A stretch of DNA of 10,477 nucleotides from a virus. Lineage: Duplodnaviria; Heunggongvirae; Uroviricota; Caudoviricetes. The notes beneath the pieces were generated by a model that worked only from the letters and a program-made list of their open reading frames with translations, was not told where the DNA came from and searched no databases. The translations under genes were made by a program, and so were the position numbers. Positions 6,644 to 10,477 of the stretch are shown in pieces. The first letter of the stretch is position 1. Each line of letters begins with the position of its first letter. The DNA is taken from the IMG/VR virus record IMGVR_UViG_2711768074_000015. The stretch is one strand, 5' to 3'.

Positions 6644-6727
6644 TTATCCCCATCGACAAATTGAGAACACAACAAACGCTACTGCGAATACCACCCCCAG
6701 AGTTACGATTGCATCAGGCCAGCTCAT
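6644..6727 (-). CDS. 27-aa hydrophobic single-TM peptide (MSWPDAIVTLGVVFAVAFVVFSICRWG)
   Basis: ATG at 6727 preceded by a textbook AGGAGGTGA at 7-nt spacing. TAA stop at 6644..6646, 4 nt before the next gene's ATG. Not in the ORF track because of its length. Confidence 0.4.
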   Translation of the reverse strand: MSWPDAIVTLGVVFAVAFVVFSICRWG

Positions 6728-6762
6728 TGATTCACCTCCTGCGGCGTCCTGGTATTCGATTT

Positions 6763-7331
6763 TCATTCCGGATGCTCCTGAGCCACATTGAAATCGCCAT
6801 GATCACGACAAGGCATCACAACAAATTCAGGATTGCCATACATTGAGTTGATGATGGAATCAAACTGAATTCTGACCGCTTGCCCGTCACCGGAGGAACG
6901 TAACTGGACGGGAATAAATTTACGCTCACGACCAAACATCTTCTCTGGATAACTCAGGTAACCCGCCTGGATCACCGGGTGTGTACAGAGGTCAAATTTT
7001 TTCGGAATGATGCGTTCCAAATCCGGAAAACAACCGTCCACCAATTTAATGCCGGTAATGGACAGCCGGCGCTGAAACTGGTCGCGATGAACAGGATCGG
7101 CTCTTTACTAAAAATCAGCTCTGTCGTTTCGGCTTTGGCCGGGACGCCACCTTCGAACTGGACAATGATGTTTTTCTTCGTCCGGATGCCGTGAGTCATG
7201 CGCAGTGCTACGAAACCATTGGTTGCCTCAATATGTTTTGGCGTGATGTGAAGACCGTTCAGGTAATAACGAACGTCGTTTTTAGCAGCGCACACCAGAG
7301 CGGCGCGAATAAGTTTTGACTGGATGATCAT
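6763..7331 (-). pseudogene. Beta-sliding-clamp (DnaN) domain II-III-like protein lacking domain I, reading frame interrupted by a frameshift near 7045..7075
   Basis: The two overlapping minus-strand ORFs (6972..7331 and 6763..7044) are colinear with E. coli DnaN as I remember it: AAKNDVRYYLNGLHI...ATNGFVAL vs AHQDVRYYLNGMLF...ATDGHRLA; ILFIATS/ELIFSK vs FIFTSK; then in the second frame KLVDGCFPDLERIIPKKFD vs KLVDGRFPDYRRVLPKNPD and EFVVMPCR vs AYVVMPMRL. The frame switch falls where the plus strand reads GCCGG-TAATGGACA-GCCGGC. The start ATG at 7331 has a GGAGG Shine-Dalgarno and overlaps the upstream stop (ATGA). Confidence 0.55.
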
Positions 7332-8077
7332 GCTTTATCCTCCCATCCGATTACCTGAAAAAGCCCCATCTTCGGGTGATACCAGCGTGTGCCGCGTGGT
7401 TCAGCCTCTGACATCATTTGGTGGAACGCCGCCATAAATGTCTCAAGCTCGACGACAGCCCTGCGAGACAACAGACCGTCCGGAGTCATAAATTCGTGCG
7501 TGTCGGTAGGGATGTGGTAGGCGTTGACCAGATTCCGACACTTGGCGTCACTCATTCCGCTTTTGGCTACCACCTGGCGGTAACCGACATATCCGGTGCG
7601 CATTGTGCCGCGTTTGATGTTCTCCACAGCTTTGGTGACCGTTTCGATCTTCTCTTCAACATGACTCAGGCGCTTCTGCTGGCGAACGGCATCGGCGGCC
7701 ATTGCAGCGATCATCTCCATTTCCGTCAGCGGCGCGTGAGTTCGGAAATAGCTGTTAACCAGTTCGCGCTGAACCTGCCATGCAAGAGCATCGTTAAAAG
7801 GCTTCGTCAACATCAGGTAACCAGACTCGAAAAGAATGATCCCTTTGGCAGTTCGCGCGGCAAAGGCATCAGAAAGTGACTCCGTACGTATTACGTCCGC
7901 AGTCATTTCAAGAAAATCCACCCCTTCGATAAAGTGAGAACGGTTGCGGTTAAACGCAGCACGGGCGGTACCTTCCGGGCGCTGGTGGACGTCATCAATT
8001 ATTGCAAATGTCACAACACGCTGACCGCGATATTCGATTACCGGAAACTGTTTGTTGTTGATGGTTACAATATTCAT
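7328..8077 (-). CDS. KilA-N / ORF6N (Bro-N-like) domain protein, antirepressor-like
   Basis: ATG at 8077 with GGAG 5 nt upstream (the ORF-track start at 8152 is less likely). The N-terminus MNIVTINNKQFPVIEYRGQRVVTFAIIDDVHQRPEGTARAAFNRNRSHFIEGVDFLE has the shape of phage KilA-N/ORF6N DNA-binding domains. This is a family-level call from memory. Confidence 0.6.
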   Translation of the reverse strand: MNIVTINNKQFPVIEYRGQRVVTFAIIDDVHQRPEGTARAAFNRNRSHFIEGVDFLEMTADVIRTESLSDAFAARTAKGIILFESGYLMLTKPFNDALAWQVQRELVNSYFRTHAPLTEMEMIAAMAADAVRQQKRLSHVEEKIETVTKAVENIKRGTMRTGYVGYRQVVAKSGMSDAKCRNLVNAYHIPTDTHEFMTPDGLLSRRAVVELETFMAAFHQMMSEAEPRGTRWYHPKMGLFQVIGWEDKA

Positions 8078-8120
8078 TTTTATCTCCAGACAGCCCGGCG
8101 TGTAATACCGGGCATATGTA

Positions 8121-8948
8121 TTACTTAACCTGAATAAATGGTGTGTTGGCACCGCTGGTCATGTATTGCGGCAGTGTACCGTTCCACTTGTTGATGGCTT
8201 CCAGCTCCATAACACCGGGGTTCTGGCGCAGAGCTTCACCGCGTAAACGAATAGCATCGGCTTCGGCCTGGGCTTTTGTGCGAATCGCATCTGCCTGTCC
8301 GGCAGCTTCCGCGCGCAACATGTTGGCTTCCGCTTCGCGCTGTTTTACTTCCTGCTCGCGTTGCAGGGTTTTCTGGTTCGCCGTGACTTTGGCATTAATG
8401 CTGTCGATAACAGTAGGTGGGTACTCCGGCTTACCCACATATGAGAGGCTCATTACCTGAATACCGATGGGCGTCATTTCTTCCTGAATGTCTTTAAGAG
8501 CTGCATCCAGCAGCTCAGACTTGCCGCCGTCGATAAATTTGTCGGTGGTCATTTTGCTGGCCAGTCGGTTGAGTGCGTCGGCTATCTTCTGGCGCAGGTC
8601 GGTGTCGGTAATGTCGTCCACGCCTTTGCGGTAGGTCTGAAAGACTGTGGTAACTTTGGATGGATCAACTTTGTAGGCCACGCCGATGTGATAGCCGATG
8701 GTTGTACCGTCACTCATCTGGAAACTGAATGGATCATCGTAGGTCTTCATCTGCTTAAAGGTCGGGAAGATGTAAACCTCAGTGTTCCATCCCGTCCAGT
8801 AGCGCCCAACACCGACCACTTCACCGACGCCTTTATCGTCGCCCAGTTTGTTTACTTTGATGCCCACATTACCAGGCTCAACGCGATCGCAACCGACAAG
8901 GCCAATGGTCGGCAGAACAAGGGCTAAAGCAAAAAGTAATTTTTTCAT
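8121..8948 (-). CDS. SPFH / band-7 (prohibitin-like) domain lipoprotein, predicted inner-membrane anchored
   Basis: Signal peptide with lipobox MKKLLFALALVLPTIGLVGC followed by Asp at +2 (the inner-membrane retention rule in E. coli). SPFH-like core, then a C-terminal Ala/Glu/Gln/Arg-rich coiled-coil region (QREQEVKQREAEANMLRAEAAGQADAIRTKAQAEADAIRLRGEALRQNP). The start ATG overlaps the stop of the upstream small TM gene (ATGA). Confidence 0.8.
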   Translation of the reverse strand: MKKLLFALALVLPTIGLVGCDRVEPGNVGIKVNKLGDDKGVGEVVGVGRYWTGWNTEVYIFPTFKQMKTYDDPFSFQMSDGTTIGYHIGVAYKVDPSKVTTVFQTYRKGVDDITDTDLRQKIADALNRLASKMTTDKFIDGGKSELLDAALKDIQEEMTPIGIQVMSLSYVGKPEYPPTVIDSINAKVTANQKTLQREQEVKQREAEANMLRAEAAGQADAIRTKAQAEADAIRLRGEALRQNPGVMELEAINKWNGTLPQYMTSGANTPFIQVK

Positions 8949-9133
8949 CTTTTATCCTTAGAAAAAGAAAGACCCTTATAAATGGCATAAATGCAGGGCG
9001 GGGTCAGACACGCCAGAGCAAAGCCAGAAATCACTGCTACCGTATCCTTCATTGATATGAGGGCCGGAACGATTAATCCGTAAATACATGTGATAATTGC
9101 CAGTGATATAACTATTCTGAAATAAATGTTCAT
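8945..9133 (-). CDS. Small two-TM membrane protein (62 aa), translationally coupled to the SPFH lipoprotein
   Basis: ATG at 9133 with AGGAGG at ideal spacing. Two hydrophobic segments (IVISLAIITCIYGLIVPALI and VISGFALACLTPPCIYAIY). Its TGA overlaps the ATG of the SPFH gene. Confidence 0.6.
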   Translation of the reverse strand: MNIYFRIVISLAIITCIYGLIVPALISMKDTVAVISGFALACLTPPCIYAIYKGLSFSKDKR

Positions 9134-9193
9134 GGTCCTCCTGATGTATTCGGCTTGCCTTATTTAATTGCGTCATGGTTAATTTCGTTTACG

Positions 9194-9586
9194 TCAGAAT
9201 GGTTTTGTTGCCATCAGTTCGTAATATCCGGCGCTCCATGTGTCATATTTTCTGAACCATTTTTCTGTATACTGTTTCCTGGCGATGAGTCTGCGCAGTC
9301 GTCTGATTGTTCGCTGGTGTGCGCGGGTATACTCTGTGGTTGATTCTCCACGTTTCCATATCTCATTCCTGTTGAAGATAAAACGCTTGTCAGGATAGCG
9401 TTGTCGGAATCCTGAACGTTCAAAAGCGCGGGTGGTCATAAAGAATGCCAGGTAACGAATTGCCGTTTTTCGGGTGAGGCATTTTTTTGTTCTTCCGTGG
9501 CGTGTTACAAAAAATAACGGGCCGACGGGTGTATCATGTTTCTGTAATGCCTGGTCAATGGTGCTGGCGGTGCGGTTGTCGATCAT
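9194..9586 (-). CDS. Hypothetical basic protein (130 aa)
   Basis: ATG at 9586 with GGAG upstream. Arg/Lys-rich C-terminal half. No family recognised. Confidence 0.5.
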   Translation of the reverse strand: MIDNRTASTIDQALQKHDTPVGPLFFVTRHGRTKKCLTRKTAIRYLAFFMTTRAFERSGFRQRYPDKRFIFNRNEIWKRGESTTEYTRAHQRTIRRLRRLIARKQYTEKWFRKYDTWSAGYYELMATKPF

Positions 9587-9772
9587 TTCTTTATTTCTCC
9601 CGAATAACGTTCATGACTCATTACTTCCCAGTTCCGGCCGTCGTCTTTCGATAACAGCCGCCAGCGACGGTTAACCTTCAGACTGAGATATCCGGTGCGC
9701 TGTATCCGATGCGGAAATATCCGTCGGCATCGGTACAACAACAGGACCTGCAATGCCTGCCGGTGGATCCGC

Positions 9773-9988
9773 TCAGGAATGCGTGTTGCTGTTAATGCCA
9801 CCGGTTTCCTCCTGAGCAGGTGCTGTTATCTGATACCCCGCTCTTTCTGCCAGCCGTATGAATGTATCCATGCTGGCAATCAGCTCGCCATCGCGGACTT
9901 TGCAGACACCTGTGACTTGGCCATTTTCAATTGTCATAACGATCTGCACTTTTTCGTGCACAACAGATACAGGGGATAAATTAGCCAT
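9773..9988 (-). CDS. Hypothetical small protein (71 aa)
   Basis: ATG at 9988 overlaps the stop of the upstream gene (TGATG), indicating translational coupling. No family recognised. Confidence 0.5.
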   Translation of the reverse strand: MANLSPVSVVHEKVQIVMTIENGQVTGVCKVRDGELIASMDTFIRLAERAGYQITAPAQEETGGINSNTHS

Positions 9989-10347
9989 CAGTTAATTCCT
10001 CCGCTGATATATTTTTCTTTCGCGTAATCAATAATCTCTTGAAAAAGGTTGTCTATAATTAACTTTCCGGTTTCAGTCAGGTATTCAGTATGTTGATTAA
10101 TCCCGATAGCATTCTGGTATGCAGTGTGGATTTCGGTTTCACCCTCCACCCGGCCCAATTCACCACGGGTAATACCTTCGAAGCGTAACAGCAACTGGTT
10201 TATAAACTGTTCAGTTATTTCTATGGTCGTAATGTTCCCATCAGGAAGGTCAACAATAAGCAGATTACCACCTGTTTTACGTTTTATTCGATGGAGTGCC
10301 GCAACAGCTATACGGCGACGATATGTATTAATGGGTTCATGTGTCAT
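9988..10347 (-). CDS. Hypothetical protein (119 aa)
   Basis: ATG at 10347. The ORF fills the gap to the next gene with a coupled stop/start. No family recognised. Confidence 0.5.
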   Translation of the reverse strand: MTHEPINTYRRRIAVAALHRIKRKTGGNLLIVDLPDGNITTIEITEQFINQLLLRFEGITRGELGRVEGETEIHTAYQNAIGINQHTEYLTETGKLIIDNLFQEIIDYAKEKYISGGIN

Positions 10348-10477
10348 TTGTTATTTCCCGTATGCTTTCCTGAGAAACGTAAGCGTGCAGCAAGAACCGT
10401 ATTGACGGGGATGTGTTATTCAGTCGGCAGTGCTACGCGCCAGGGGAGCAGTTCGCCGACCCGGTTTATCGGCCAGT

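Larger units (their letters stand above)
3401..10477. mobile_element. Integrase-proximal end of a lambdoid-type prophage (cargo operon, int, xis, early-left accessory genes); continues beyond the window
   Basis: Gene order and orientation match the lambda left arm: accessory genes, then xis overlapping int, then the att junction, all leftward and tightly coupled. The tmRNA fragment at 3364..3400 joins phage-type sequence on its body side. Confidence 0.65.

Noticed and set aside
6397-6675. ORF-track start of the 92-codon frame at 6675
   Set aside because: Position 6675 is a TTG and the frame would overlap the strongly supported 27-codon ORF. The in-frame ATG at 6639 with its own Shine-Dalgarno is preferred.
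6381-7194. Plus-strand ORFs 6381..6569, 6410..6616, 6559..6846 and 6979..7194
   Set aside because: They are antisense to the coupled minus-strand operon, with Arg/Ser/Cys-rich compositions and no start signals.
6763-7331. Calling 6972..7331 and 6763..7044 as two independent overlapping genes
   Set aside because: Both halves align colinearly to consecutive parts of one protein family (sliding clamp), so a single frame-interrupted gene is the simpler reading.
8078-8120. Hairpin CCCGG-N9-CCGGG between the SPFH gene and the KilA-N-like gene as a terminator
   Set aside because: Short 5-bp stem with no U-tract on the minus strand; more likely a weak intergenic structure with read-through.
7418-8460. 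Plus-strand ORFs 7418..7879, 7934..8128 and 8143..8460
   Set aside because: They are antisense to the KilA-N-like and SPFH genes, which have recognisable domain features and strong Shine-Dalgarno sequences.
10348-10477. Tail of a further minus-strand gene entering from the right edge
   Set aside because: Only about 20 codons before a stop near 10416 are visible; too short to call.
1-10477. CRISPR arrays, IS elements/transposases, rRNA or intact tRNA genes
   Set aside because: No regularly spaced repeat-spacer arrays, no transposase-like ORFs or terminal inverted repeats, and no cloverleaf-sized RNA genes apart from the tmRNA 3' fragment were seen.

Overview
This window looks like a junction between two integrated mobile elements at the 3' end of the tmRNA gene (ssrA). 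All calls are by eye from the sequence and from remembered family motifs; no searches were run. A 37-nt fragment matching the 3' end of enterobacterial tmRNA (3364..3400, minus strand) has no tmRNA body upstream of it, so it reads as an attachment-site junction, not a gene. To its left is a P4/CP4-57-family tyrosine integrase (1969..3198, -) followed by strongly AT-rich cargo: a small polytopic membrane protein (1514..1930, -) and a 435-aa protein of unknown function (135..1442, +). To its right is the integrase-proximal end of a lambdoid-type prophage. It opens with a structured ~330-nt noncoding region (tandem 11-bp repeats, an intrinsic terminator, a second hairpin) and a two-gene cargo operon of unknown function (3734..4075 and 4087..4854, +), closed by a bidirectional terminator. 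Then comes a dense, translationally coupled leftward operon: integrase (4896..6074), excisionase-like gene (6029..6238), three small ORFs including a 27-aa hydrophobic peptide with a strong Shine-Dalgarno, a frame-interrupted homolog of beta-sliding-clamp domains II-III (6763..7331), a KilA-N/ORF6N-like protein, a small two-TM protein coupled to an SPFH/band-7 inner-membrane lipoprotein (8121..9133), and further small hypotheticals. The best candidates for an undescribed system are the AT-rich cargo next to the P4-like integrase, the two-gene operon between the att junction and the phage integrase, and the small-TM + SPFH lipoprotein pair. I cannot assign a function to any of them from sequence alone.
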